Below, in pieces: positions 45,868 through 57,600 of a stretch of DNA of 64,000 nt; position 1 is the stretch's first letter, and every line of letters begins with the position of its first letter. The notes beneath the pieces were generated by a model, which searched no databases, had not been told where the DNA came from, and saw nothing but the letters and a program-made list of their open reading frames with translations. The position numbers and the translations under genes were made by a program. The DNA is from Corallochytrium limacisporum Hawaii (taxonomy: Eukaryota; Protista; Pluriformea), in assembly GCA_002811645.1 (NCBI GenBank), contig PDIP01000004.1, forward strand, positions 62,001 through 126,000, given 5' to 3'.

Positions 45868-46626
45868 TTGCTTTTTCGGCTGCATGATACACTCGCGCTT
45901 CGACTTGAGCTGGTGAAAGTGTGCGCTTAAGGAACGAGATCTCTTCTGCATGCTTCTTTTCTTCGGCCTGTCGTTCTCGGCATCACGCTTCTCGACAGAA
46001 TCCAGCTTGCCTTGCAGCTCCATAACCTGGCGCTGCAGTTATCACGCTCAGTCTTAAGGTCGTTGATCTTCTTCTCGAGTTCCAGCTTACTAGGCTCGGC
46101 TTGTAATGCTTTGCGCATTCCAAACGCAATACTGCTTTCGTACAGAGTCTGATATGCGGCAATTGTCATGCGGATCTCATCACGGACACTGACTAAAAGT
46201 AGCCCACGCTCCGCACAGTTGATGGTGACCTGACGGATTAGATCATCGAAGCACATCGAGTAGAGCTCGCGACGAACAGGGCAGATACCAGTTTCCCGAG
46301 CCTGACGCTGCTGCAGTTTCATGTCCAGCTGTTCCTGTAGATTGATCACATCTAGACGGGTGTCAGGTGTAGAGGAAACTCTCTGGTGCCATACCTTGCC
46401 ACTTTCGTTGAATTCCCGACGGGGTAGAATAGATTTCAGAACTTCTTCAGTCTGCTGCGTAGACCGGTAGATCGGGACCCACGGCGTTTGCGCCTACGTG
46501 GGGCAGCTTCGAGTGCTTGCCCAAGGTATCCTTAGCCTTAACATGTTTTCTTGGTGAAGTACCTATGGGCTTAGACACTAGAGAAGGTGTGTCATACTTC
46601 ACGAGTGTAGAAGGAGAAGGACTCAT
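45868..46626 (-). pseudogene. DNALI1: Axonemal inner-arm dynein light intermediate chain p28 pseudogene
   Basis: Recognisable from MSPSPSTLVKYDTPSLVS through QRQARETGICPVRRELYS to EEKKHAEEISFLKRT...IMQPKK, but only by changing frame near 46470, 46040, 45975 and 45920. Confidence 0.88.
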
Positions 46627-48464
46627 AATGTCTGTCCTTATATATTACACATAGTAAACTTCTGATCATCCGTCTTGCTTGAACTTGAACTCGGGTTGGC
46701 CGATTCTCAAAACCTTCAGCTTTGACGATATGATACTAGTCGTTATGGAAGATCGCTTACATGCATTGCTGCACTCGTTCTCGTTGTATGCCACGCCCGA
46801 CTTCTTTACACGAACCTGTTGAGATCCGCAAGCCTGTGTCTTCTCGATAACCTCGAGACATTCTACCTTTCCCCACTAGACTTCGCACCCCGTCCGAACG
46901 CGAACCAAACCCTTGTCTGATCGGCTCCGGCTTTCCATGCGTACAATGGGTTAGGTACCGAGTGGGATTCCTTTCTCAGGGACTTTCTCTGTCGGGAGTC
47001 TGGGATCCCCTTCCTCATCCTCCAGCCAAACCCCCCCCCTTTCTGGTTCCTATTTCCCCCGTTTAGAGGACACCAAACAAAGTATATCATATCATGTAGA
47101 CAAGGGGGCCTATTTCCTGAGGAACCTCAAAACTCCACACCTGTAGCAAAAAGCACCGAAATGTGGAGATGCTCGTGTGCGTGTGGTTGCAACACACACA
47201 CACATGCATACTGGGGACCGACTCCGAAACAAACAAAGAAAAATTCTTTCGCAACTTTTTTGCTGTGTTGTAATTGTGCCCTTCCTTGTATATGGTTTGG
47301 GTCAAGTTTTCTGAATGTGCGAGCGGTTCTTAGTACCTTCTGTCAACTCCCGCTATCGTGTTCGATGGCCGACCCTATACGTGAATGCCGCCTTTTGTTG
47401 CTGGAAAGGATGTGGCGACTGCAATCTCTCACATGGGGTTGGGGGTACTCGGGACCTGATATAGGAGAGCAGAAGGACGGTGCTAATAGTGAAAGTACGG
47501 TGTCTTTGTTTGGGTGTACGATCATGCGACCTTGCAGCAGAGCTCTACGAACTGCGAGCAGTCGGCCACATTATGAATTGGAGGTATCCAGAGGGGCACA
47601 TGCAATAATGTATTGAATATGAAGATTCACTAGTTTCCAGATGTGATAAACCCTGGAGGACGATAACCTCATCGCCTCACTGCATCGTCATCGCACGGTC
47701 ACACCAGCACCATTTCTCCAAGAGCACAATCAGCAGCCTTCAGGAAGAGATCGTAGCGGTTGAACACGTCCCCAGAAGCTCACGGGCACAATAGAATGCA
47801 GTTCATAAACATACCAATAGAGCATCTCAAATGGGGACTGAATCTTCACATGGCTATGCGAAGCCGGGGGGCTTTGCATGCCTCAACTACAATGACATCC
47901 ACAACGACCAACTTGGTTCACACGGGAGCCGGGGAAATCGAACCGGTCACAAGCCGATGTTTGCCTCAGGAAACTGCATGTGTGCACTGTCTTCGGTCAC
48001 GAGAGTGAAGTGTATTGTAGTTGAAATGAGCAGGCGAACAAGTGACAGCTCAGAAGAAAGAGCGCCGGTGGTGGTTCTCCATCTCTCATCTGAACACGAC
48101 AATTTGAGGACCCAAATCGGAGTTTGAATGGCGGCTAGTATGCCCCCTTCCCGAGAGAAAACATCACCCGATAGAGCGACTGTGGGGAGGAGCCTCCCAG
48201 AGGGGGAGGGGAACCAGAGAAGCACAGGAGACAAACCACACCAGTGACATAGTTCGCGGAGATTTGCAGTGATTGCCACTTAACCACGCAACCAAGGAGA
48301 CGCGCCACAAGAGAAGAATTGTTAATATTTTGCTTGCACAATTCTGAGTCAGACATAGGGTCGGGTACTTCAACATCTTCAGTAGAGTCACTTAACAATA
48401 TCTCACATGTCCGAGTATTCCGGTTTATTGGACGGGAAAGGAAATCAATATCTTTGGTGACAAC

Positions 48465-49826
48465 ATGGCCGAGAACGAGGCTGTGGCTACTCCTCCCAAG
48501 GAGGAGACTACTGAGGTGAAGCAACAAGAGAAAAATGTGCCCAAGAAGCGCCCTCCTCAACCCAACAAAGCCGCGCACAAGGCTGAAAATGAACGAATCA
48601 CCAAAGACATCGAAGTTCTCGAGAAGCAGCGCCGTGATCTTACTGCTGCCATCGATGGTAAGGGAAACAGTGAATATCGTGAGAAACGCAACGCTCTTAT
48701 GGAGAAGCTGAAGCCTCTGAAAGAGCAGAAGCAGGGAATTCAAGCGGACAAGGGCAAGATCCTCGACCAGATGAAGGTTGTCAGCGACAACCTGGCGAAG
48801 AAGGCAGATGGTCTGCGCCAGTCCCGTGCTCAGATTCGCTACAAGAACCCCGAGGACATTGACAAGGCCATCAAGGACTTGGAGTACACCATGAAGACCA
48901 CTCGCCTAAATGTTGTGGATGAGAAGCGGCTATTGCAGGAGAAGGATATGCTGAACCGCAACAAAGATCAGCTTGGTAAGCTGGAGGCGCAGCAGAAGGA
49001 ATTCGAGGCTGAGAAGGCTAAGAAGGACGCCTTTAAGAAGCAGGTGGATGCTACCTACGACAAGCTGAATGCAGTTAAGAAGCAGGAAGACGAGATCAAG
49101 AGGCAACTTGACGCCCTGTCGGCCGAGAACGAAAAACTTGTAGGAAACAAGAAGGATCTCATCGCGCAGCGTGATGTCATCAAGGGCAAGATTGACGAGC
49201 TGTACCAAAAGCGTCGTGAGGAGAACGCGGCTTTCAAGAAGGTTGAGGATGAGTGGTACACCTACCAGCGCGCCGAGCGCGAGGACCGTCGTAAACGCCA
49301 GGAAGAGGAGCGCAAGGTTTGGGAAGCCGAGAAACAGGCCCGTTTGGAAGCCGAACGCAAGGAGTATGAAGAGTGGGAGCGCACTCGTGATCCGTATGAG
49401 GAGCACAAGACCAAGGCTGCTGCCCTCATCAAATACCTGAGCACTTTCACTGGCGCGACTGACCAGAACGGCGCCGCTGGCAATGGACCGGCTGCTCCAA
49501 CTGGGGTTAAGGTTCCCGAGGGCGCCAGGATGATCAACAAGAAGCAGCAGGAGGAAGAGTTAGAGGATTTGTTCGTCGGTGGTGGTGGGAAGAAGAAGGG
49601 TAAGGGGAAAAAAGCTCTTGCTGATCGTAAGGCTAAGCAGAACCTGACTGTGCCTCTGGATTTGCTGGATGACTTCCGCTTGGTAGAGGTTCCCGCTCCT
49701 AAGACCTACGGCGAAGTCCCGGCCACCATTAAGGCCTTGGATGAGCGCATCGCGCACTACAAAGCATCCTGGTCTGGACCGCCTGCCGACGAGAAGAAGG
49801 AGGAGGCCTCCGTTGAGGCTGCCTAA
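48465..49826 (+). CDS. Bfr1 / proton-pump-interactor-like coiled-coil protein
   Basis: Long coiled coil, ID..I..LE.......L..VDEKRLL.E, GGGGKKKGKGKK, C-terminal F..VEVPAP....V..TI..L......Y; family assigned by recall. Confidence 0.7.
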   Translation: MAENEAVATPPKEETTEVKQQEKNVPKKRPPQPNKAAHKAENERITKDIEVLEKQRRDLTAAIDGKGNSEYREKRNALMEKLKPLKEQKQGIQADKGKILDQMKVVSDNLAKKADGLRQSRAQIRYKNPEDIDKAIKDLEYTMKTTRLNVVDEKRLLQEKDMLNRNKDQLGKLEAQQKEFEAEKAKKDAFKKQVDATYDKLNAVKKQEDEIKRQLDALSAENEKLVGNKKDLIAQRDVIKGKIDELYQKRREENAAFKKVEDEWYTYQRAEREDRRKRQEEERKVWEAEKQARLEAERKEYEEWERTRDPYEEHKTKAAALIKYLSTFTGATDQNGAAGNGPAAPTGVKVPEGARMINKKQQEEELEDLFVGGGGKKKGKGKKALADRKAKQNLTVPLDLLDDFRLVEVPAPKTYGEVPATIKALDERIAHYKASWSGPPADEKKEEASVEAA

Positions 49827-50588
49827 GTGATCAATCCCTAGGACTCTATGTGTTCTACAGCATCACTTTCCCCATTTCATCATCGCATCATGTGCGAGTT
49901 ATCAACTTGCACTAGTAAGTTTAAGCAAAGCATAATACAGATATCCATCGTACCCCCCGGTAAGGTTTTGCTGTGAACATTAGGAACTGTGCCAAAAGGC
50001 AAGAACTTAAATTTACACCCCTTGGTATCTATCGAGTCCATTGAGTCTGTCACACTGTTGGCACAATCGTGGTGCTCCACCTGCAGCCGCGGAGCTTGTC
50101 GCTCACAATAACACCAGACAGTGACACTGCGAATTGATTTTAGATATACCTTCAGTACTTCCCGATACTACGACATACGGACTTTTTATCAAGTCTCGAC
50201 CCAGGTCGTTCCCACCACTTAATGTTCTGAAACGGGAACGCAAGCTGGGCGACCGCTGGGAGGGAAGGAGGGAGGGAGGGGAGCCAGACCGCCGGTAGCG
50301 GGAGACGGACGGGTGGCTGTTATTGGTGTTATTTTCTTTTTGCGCGCTCGGACCCCTCTGCGCTAGCAGTCTCCGTAGCCTTGTGCTGAAGGGGATGGCG
50401 CCGCTGTCTAAGAAGATATTCTCACTTCGAATGATGGATTCGGATCGGGCAGGAGTGGTATTAAGCCAATGACGATTGCACAATGATGCTGTGAATCCCT
50501 TACTCAGTCCGTTGATTCAAACATATTGACAACTCTGATTGGACGCGTTGGGAACAAATATGCTTTGCGAAGGCTAATCTTTATTACA

Positions 50589-52868
50589 ATGTTAGCCGCA
50601 AGAGTATTGCGCGCTGCCCACCGCAGCGTGCCTCTTTTCGCCAGCACTACAGGTCGCATTGGCCGCGCATACACAACCGGTAAGGGACCAACTGTTGTGC
50701 CCGCCTTGCAGGTTCATGAGGAAGTACAGGAAGCTCTGAATGAGATGAAACCAGTGGTAGCATTGGAATCTACAATTATTGCACATGGAATGCCATATCC
50801 GAAAAACGTTGAGACAGCGGAAGAAGTTGCTAAAGTTATTCGTCGTAATGGCGCAATTCCAGCCACAATCGCGGTGATGGATGGCAAACTGAAGGTCGGG
50901 TTAGAGTCCGAGGCAGTCGAACGCTTGGGAAAAGCCGGCCGCAGTGTTCGCAAGATTTCCCGTCGTGACCTTGCCTATGCCATAAGCCACGATGAGATGG
51001 GTGCGACGACAGTAAGTGCTACCATGATCGCAGCCAATTTGGCAGGTATTGAAGTATTTGTGACCGGGGGTATCGGTGGTGTACATCGGGATGTCGAAAG
51101 CACCTTGGACATTAGTGCTGACATCACAGAATTGGGACGCACACCGGTATCGGTGGTCTGTTCTGGGGCGAAATCATTCTTGGACATCGAAAGAACTCTG
51201 GAGCTTCTAGAGACGCAGGGCGTCGCCGTTGGCACCTTTGGAAATACCTTTGATTTCCCGGCTTTCTTCACCCCATCTTCCGGATACAAGTCTCCATTCA
51301 TGTTTGAAACGTTTGAGGATGCGGCGAGCACAATTATGGCCGCTCGGGATCTCGGATTGCGTAATGGTACATTAATTGCAGTTCCCGTACCCGATGATGC
51401 TGCTCCACAGGCCATGATTGTCGAAGAATCCATTCAGAAGGCACTCCAAGAAGCTCATGAGGGAGGAGTCAAAGGAAAGGATATCACTCCCTATGTACTT
51501 GCACGAGTGCAAGAACTCACAGAAGGCAAGTCTCTGGTTGCGAATATTGCTCTGGTTTTGAACAACGCGCGCGTAGGAGCTGGCGTAGCTACAGCATTGA
51601 CAAAACTCAGAAAGCAGACTTGCAAGGTCGCACCACCGGGGACTACGGAAGAGGATGAAATTTCCGGCTATGGTGTGTCGTCCAACCACAGTGATCCAGA
51701 GCTTGATATTCCCCTTGACCGTCAAGGAGCTGGTACCGGTGCCCTCCCAACAGCCGGAACCGAGGCCACGCCAATTGAGGACGATGTTGAGATCACTGAG
51801 GAGGCGAAGACCCTTGCAGATAAGCTGGCAGGAAGGCCTTTTGTTATTGGTGGTGCCGTGATCGATTATACTTGTGCACCAAAACCTGGACAACCCCTCA
51901 TCTCCGGAACCAGTAACCCAGGGCAAATCCATAAGAGCTTTGGCGGTGTGGCAAGGAATGTTGCGGAGGTTCTGGCCAGACTGGGGCGCCAACCCGTCCT
52001 GGTGACCGCTGTTGGTGACGACAAGTCTGCGGAGGACCTCATCGCAAACCTTAATGAGTGTGGGGTTAGCACTGATGGCCTTGTGCAATTGAAAAATGCT
52101 ACGACTGCTCAGCACTGTGGGGTTTACACATCACATGGTGAATTGGTTGTTGCAATTGCTGACATGGATATCCTAACGGAAATGTCACCGAATATATTGT
52201 CGCGCTTCACGGCAGCGTTGCGAAAGGCACCGCTTGTGTCATTCGATAGCAATCTCGGTAATGATGCAATGGCCTATGTTGCTAAGGTCTGCCACAATGC
52301 GAATGTGCCAATCTGGTTCGAACCAACATCATCAGTCAAGTGCAATAAGCCTATTGAGCTGAAAATCCTGGACAAACTGACCTACATTTCACCAAACATG
52401 GATGAATTGAAGACTATGGAAGCTGCAGTTATTGACCACTATCTGGGTGGACAAGAACGGTCGTATGGCCTGTGGATGGAGCAAAACTTCCCGCATCTGT
52501 ACACTTGCCATGAACAAATGCAAGGTGCTATGACACTCATTCAATATGTCCCGAATGTTATTGTCACAATGGGCCAACATGGTGTATTAGTTGTAAGCAA
52601 ACATGGCGATGATGAGATTGCGGCATCCCATCTTGATGCTCTGGAACTTGACCCGTCGCAACCTCTGAATGTCAGTGGCGCTGGAGACTCGATGGTGGGC
52701 GCAACCATCTGCGGACTTCTGGATGGCCATCCACTGAAGCAGAGCCTGATGTATGGATTGCAGGCAGCCAAGGAGAGCTTGTTGAGTCCCCATGCAGTGA
52801 GTCCAAAGCTGTCAGGAGAGAATTATACCCCGAAGTCGTTCTTCAAAGACTTCCATAACTTTATGTAG
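50589..52868 (+). CDS. Bifunctional pseudouridine-5'-phosphate glycosidase (PsuG/IndA) and PfkB-family pseudouridine kinase
   Basis: PVVALESTIIAHGMPYP, GATTVSATM, FVTGGIGGVHR, GKDITPYVL; kinase part GGVARNVA, ISPNMDEL, NVSGAGD; first ATG at 50589. Confidence 0.95.
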   Translation: MLAARVLRAAHRSVPLFASTTGRIGRAYTTGKGPTVVPALQVHEEVQEALNEMKPVVALESTIIAHGMPYPKNVETAEEVAKVIRRNGAIPATIAVMDGKLKVGLESEAVERLGKAGRSVRKISRRDLAYAISHDEMGATTVSATMIAANLAGIEVFVTGGIGGVHRDVESTLDISADITELGRTPVSVVCSGAKSFLDIERTLELLETQGVAVGTFGNTFDFPAFFTPSSGYKSPFMFETFEDAASTIMAARDLGLRNGTLIAVPVPDDAAPQAMIVEESIQKALQEAHEGGVKGKDITPYVLARVQELTEGKSLVANIALVLNNARVGAGVATALTKLRKQTCKVAPPGTTEEDEISGYGVSSNHSDPELDIPLDRQGAGTGALPTAGTEATPIEDDVEITEEAKTLADKLAGRPFVIGGAVIDYTCAPKPGQPLISGTSNPGQIHKSFGGVARNVAEVLARLGRQPVLVTAVGDDKSAEDLIANLNECGVSTDGLVQLKNATTAQHCGVYTSHGELVVAIADMDILTEMSPNILSRFTAALRKAPLVSFDSNLGNDAMAYVAKVCHNANVPIWFEPTSSVKCNKPIELKILDKLTYISPNMDELKTMEAAVIDHYLGGQERSYGLWMEQNFPHLYTCHEQMQGAMTLIQYVPNVIVTMGQHGVLVVSKHGDDEIAASHLDALELDPSQPLNVSGAGDSMVGATICGLLDGHPLKQSLMYGLQAAKESLLSPHAVSPKLSGENYTPKSFFKDFHNFM

Positions 52869-52976
52869 ACATGAAGAAAACTAGTAGCAATTACGAACAC
52901 ACACTTTAACATATTCTGCAAAAGGATGCACTTCCTGAGTGCTGTCTATTCCAGAAGACTTCCCAAGCTTTCCCAT

Positions 52977-53390
52977 TTAGATCTTGTTGAAGGCAGCAAT
53001 GTCCATGGACTGCACGTAGTCCTCCAGACCCTCGATCTCCTCCTGCAAGAAGTCAGTACCGACCTTGTCATCTTCAACAACGGCGTTGATCTGAAGCTTC
53101 TTGATGCCATAACCGATGTCGATCAGCTTCGCAGCACCCCATACCAGACCTTCGGTCTCAATGGCGCGGACAGCCTTCTCGAGCTCGTCCATTGGGGTCT
53201 CGTCATCCCAAGGCTTGACGTCAATGAGAAGAGAGGACTTGGCAACCACAGCCGGTTTCTTGGCCTTCTTCTCTTCATAGGCCTTAATGCGCTCAGCCTT
53301 CAGGGCTTCGGCTTCGGCGTCGTCGCCGTCATCTCCGAAGAGATCGATGTCGTCTTCCTCTACGGTAGGCTTGGTGTCCTTGTCTGTCAT
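52977..53390 (-). CDS. EEF1B: Elongation factor 1-beta/delta: acidic region plus guanine-nucleotide-exchange domain only
   Basis: [56 protein letters not shown]. Confidence 0.93.
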   Translation of the reverse strand: MTDKDTKPTVEEDDIDLFGDDGDDAEAEALKAERIKAYEEKKAKKPAVVAKSSLLIDVKPWDDETPMDELEKAVRAIETEGLVWGAAKLIDIGYGIKKLQINAVVEDDKVGTDFLQEEIEGLEDYVQSMDIAAFNKI

Positions 53391-54604
53391 TTTGATAGAC
53401 TGTACGATAAGTTAGTGTACTACGCGAAGGTTTCAAACGGTCGATGCCAGTTCTTATCCCTCTGAAATAACCTTATGGATTGACGGCTACGCAACTGCTC
53501 TGTACACAGTGCCACTGCGGCATGGTTGGACGCATGGTCTTCACTATGGGATCCAATCTTGCATTTCGACAGGCGGCACTCTCAGGGGTATTTGTGACAC
53601 GGCCTCAAGTCACACAGTCAAGCCTCTCGAGCGCAAGAATAAACAAAAGAGCTACTTGGTTGTTTCGCGGACCCACTTGTTCGGAACACACACTCACACG
53701 CACTACAGTCGCATGGGTTGGGCAAAAAGCCCATCTGTGTAACATTGAAAGATCCGAAGCGAGCCGAGAGCGGAGAGATCTCTACCTGCACACACGACTG
53801 AAACAATCAACAACACACACTTGCAAGTGAGGACTGTGGCACTCCTCCCGAGGGAGTGGAATGAGCACGCTCTTGTTTCCCTACCTGTTTGTGGGTCACA
53901 GGCCGCAGGTGCTTAAGGGTGCTCGGACCTGCTAGCAGACTCGCGGAACAAAGTATATCAAATACACACATGGCCGGACTAATCAATATTTTTCAAGAGA
54001 CCGTGGCACAAAAGCCACTGTGGTCAATGAAAACCCTGAGTGCAAAGGTAACCGAGTTGTATATTCTTTCCTAGCCCTTTGTTTTCAATTGTTGCGTTTT
54101 CCGGTCGGCGTAATGCGTTCAGCTCAGTAGCCAACACGCGGTCCGTTTACTCCATGCTTCTTCTGAGGCACCGCTGCTCCTAACTAGGTCCATCGTTGTG
54201 AAAGTGAATCCCTTCGGCCCGCCCCGGGGGAGGGGGGGGGAGGTAAAGGGGGCCTCTGCCGTTGCTTTTCCTTTTCCCACTAGCTCGGTCCGGGTTTTGG
54301 CGCGCTCTGTGGCGAAGCAACCGTACCCTACGCTGACTTCTGGTCTTGATACCTGGCTTGTCGGTGCGCTGCGCGCAAGGGGGGATCGGTTGAAAGGCGT
54401 GCTGCGGTAGTCCAGACGGGGCACTCGTGTGGCCAAATGTATACCTATTTCGTGGATGACACGCAGAGACGAGAGTAATATGGGAACAGACATCCACCAT
54501 TGTGTTATAGGACATGGCAAGGCATCGGGCCATCACAAGTACCTAATGTGTAGAGACAATGTATAGTAGTTGAGGTGAGCAGAACAGATCAGTGAGCAGC
54601 CAAA

Positions 54605-57600
54605 ATGCCCACTTCGGACACACGAGACATGGTGGTGTCCATGGAACACCCTGGACGTCTGATCAATGATGCAATTGAATCCATACTGGGTGGATACGGA
54701 TCTGATGCATACTTGCGGGACCTCCTGTCGAGATATCACAATGATTTTGTTAAACCATTAGACAACAATGGACCTGACCCTGGAGATCGCAGCCAACTGA
54801 GAGGTACTGACGTTCTATATGCTGGGAGGACCAAGCAATACATTACCCAGGAGTTCAAAGACCTTGTCTGCAATCTAAGTGATGCCCTGAAGCTGAATGA
54901 AAGGGAATGCGCAGGGTTTCTTTTGCAAGCCCTGGGAGCTGCTGGTGATGACCGCAGCGCAGCCACGCAACATGCTATCGGATCATATGGGGACACCCGC
55001 ATTCAGTTCTTGGAAGCTTACACAATGCTGCTTCGCATCGGCAGCGGCTATGTAGATGCTCCAGCGGAGGCGACCGGTGTCGTTAGGAAGGCTCTGTCCA
55101 GCGTGTTTGCGAGCGGCAATATATTCAACAACATTTTTGCTGCCTATGAACGCTGTTTGAATTCTGCCAGGGACATGCCACAGCAGGTGCGAAACATTAG
55201 GCTAAAGAGTATCGAATTGGAATTGTTCCATCTTGGCAAGGTGTTGTACTATGCCAGTGAGTACGCCGGGGGGTTATCAGCTGACGACATCAGTAACGCA
55301 TTGCAGTTGACCCGGAAGGTTGCCCAGATGACACCACAATCTGGAGCAGGCAACAGTGGACAACAGGACCAAGAATTCACTGACTTTCTTCAATCGGTAA
55401 ACCCTTCTGTTCAAGCCGCAATCATGTTTGCCATGTTCAAGACAGTGATCATGTACGTAAAACCATGGAGCAGTCTTGGGAGTACGTCTGCGGACGATGA
55501 ATTCAGACTGGCAGAAGCAGCACGTGAATTTGAGGAATCTTTCTCGACCCTGAATACTAGCGTGGGGAGTAGAACCGACATTCCAGAATCCATGCGGGAC
55601 GTGTTAGAGATGTGTGCTGCCCTTGCTCAGCAGTTTGTGCTCGATGCCTCAGTCATGGGTGAGGAAGGCCGTCGCAACAGTCTGAACCGCGGCCTATCAC
55701 TGCTGTCGACGCAGTTGTTGCAGAGTCCCTATTTTGGAGCCAGTGATATTGACCGGGATGTCTTCTTAGCTCTGATGGATGATTACCTGCAGTTGTACCT
55801 TGAGAAGAGAGAAAACGTCGTGGACGTCCGGGAACAAATTAGTCTTGCTCGCGACCAGGAGATCGAACTACAACAAAACCAAGAGCTTGGTGTCCAAGAT
55901 GAGCAGGTGGCCATGGATCCGTCCATGTACAGAACCGTCTCTGAGCTTTTCAGGTTTGCGGAGGCACTGTATGCAAGTAGTGCACCTCTTTCGGAAGCTC
56001 TCTGGCTTCAGAATGGAAATGCGGTACTGCAAGTACTGGTACAATCCGATGCGGACATGCCATATGATCTGTTACCGTCATATCTCAAAATGCTGGCTGC
56101 ACTGGCACAGACATCTACGGGAGCTTCACACATATTTAGCATGCTAAACCAGTCACAGAGACAGGGTATTGCTCACGCTGTGTTCCAGCATGACAAACTC
56201 CGACGTCTCTGCTGGGAGTTCTTCTTCTCTACGCTGTTGGTTGGATACATTGAAGAGTTTTCAAAGTATGCCAATGGTTCGGGTATAGGAATGCTTGGGT
56301 CCAGTGGGCACGCAGATCAGGCACTCAGTCTTGACCAGGGAGAAGAAGAGTTAATACTCTCATTCTTGCAGCTTATTGCTGCTGTGAGTAAACAGAACGA
56401 TGCGTCGTGTAGGATGATGTTACGTGGATGGGGGGCTGATCCCTTGCAACTACTAATCACCTTCCTCACATTGCCCACAGACGCGAAGGTGAAGACTTAC
56501 TTGCTGAAGGTGCTAACAGCATTCGCCAGTGATGCAGACGGCAGACAAAGGATTTGGTATGCTGTAGATCAGCACCACCTGCTGGAAAACTTTTTCATTC
56601 CCGAATTTGAGATTCGGGAGGCCCAGATGCAGTCATACCCAATCACTCTAGAGTTTCTAAATCTATTGAATTCACTTTTGGACCAATTGCCACCAAAAGA
56701 TTTCCAGCCAGGAGGATTGCAACAAGCAGATGATAGCATGCTAAGAACATACGCTCAATATGTTCGGGATCGATTGCTTCGCAAGATCACTCTGCGAAAC
56801 TTCAAAAATAGCTATGAGCGACTGTCGTTCTTTACGACTGCCTTTTCATTAATCAAGAAAATGTTGGTACAATTTCTCGATGAGGTTGAAAATGAGAATC
56901 GGGCAATGAAGAGTGACCAGACCGAAGAGCAAGAGAGAAGCCGCATGGCTCAGGGAGTAGATCGTCGTCGAATCGAGGCAGGAGTGGACTTGCTCTCGAC
57001 GCTCATGCGACCGTCAGATTTCTTGTATGACATCCTGAGCGTCTTCCGATCTGCAGAAGCGACATATGTACAGCTTGTTCAAAACAACTTTGCCATTGAC
57101 ACGGTGGAGGGTCAGAACATGAAGTCTGCGGTTCCCGAGGCTCTGGATGCAATCCTTGATGTCCTGGGCATGATCCTCGCGCGCGAAGACGTGTTGCTTA
57201 ATGACCAGCAAACTGTTCGTGGACTGAACGGTGCATTGGGCCTTTGCAAGAGCATACTCACTGTGCAAGTTGACCACCTCACATACGGAGGTGTTGGTGA
57301 CCAGCGGGACTCAACGGACCATATTGTTGTTGTCATTGGCAGAATGATGATCCACACAGAGATCATGCAGGGAGCACTGTCTCAAAAGGCGATGCACGTG
57401 CTTCACTCCATGTGCGGTAGGCCACAGGTGGCTGAACAAGTTCTCGCGATTATTGCCCAAAGCGAATCTAGTGTTACTATCCTTGAAGGTGTCAGGAAGC
57501 TGTTTACTAAGCCCCCAATGAATGAGACTGGATCGGCAACATTGGCCAATGCTGTAAAGGAAGATGAAGTCTATACCCCACCCTCGAAGACCTTGCAGAT

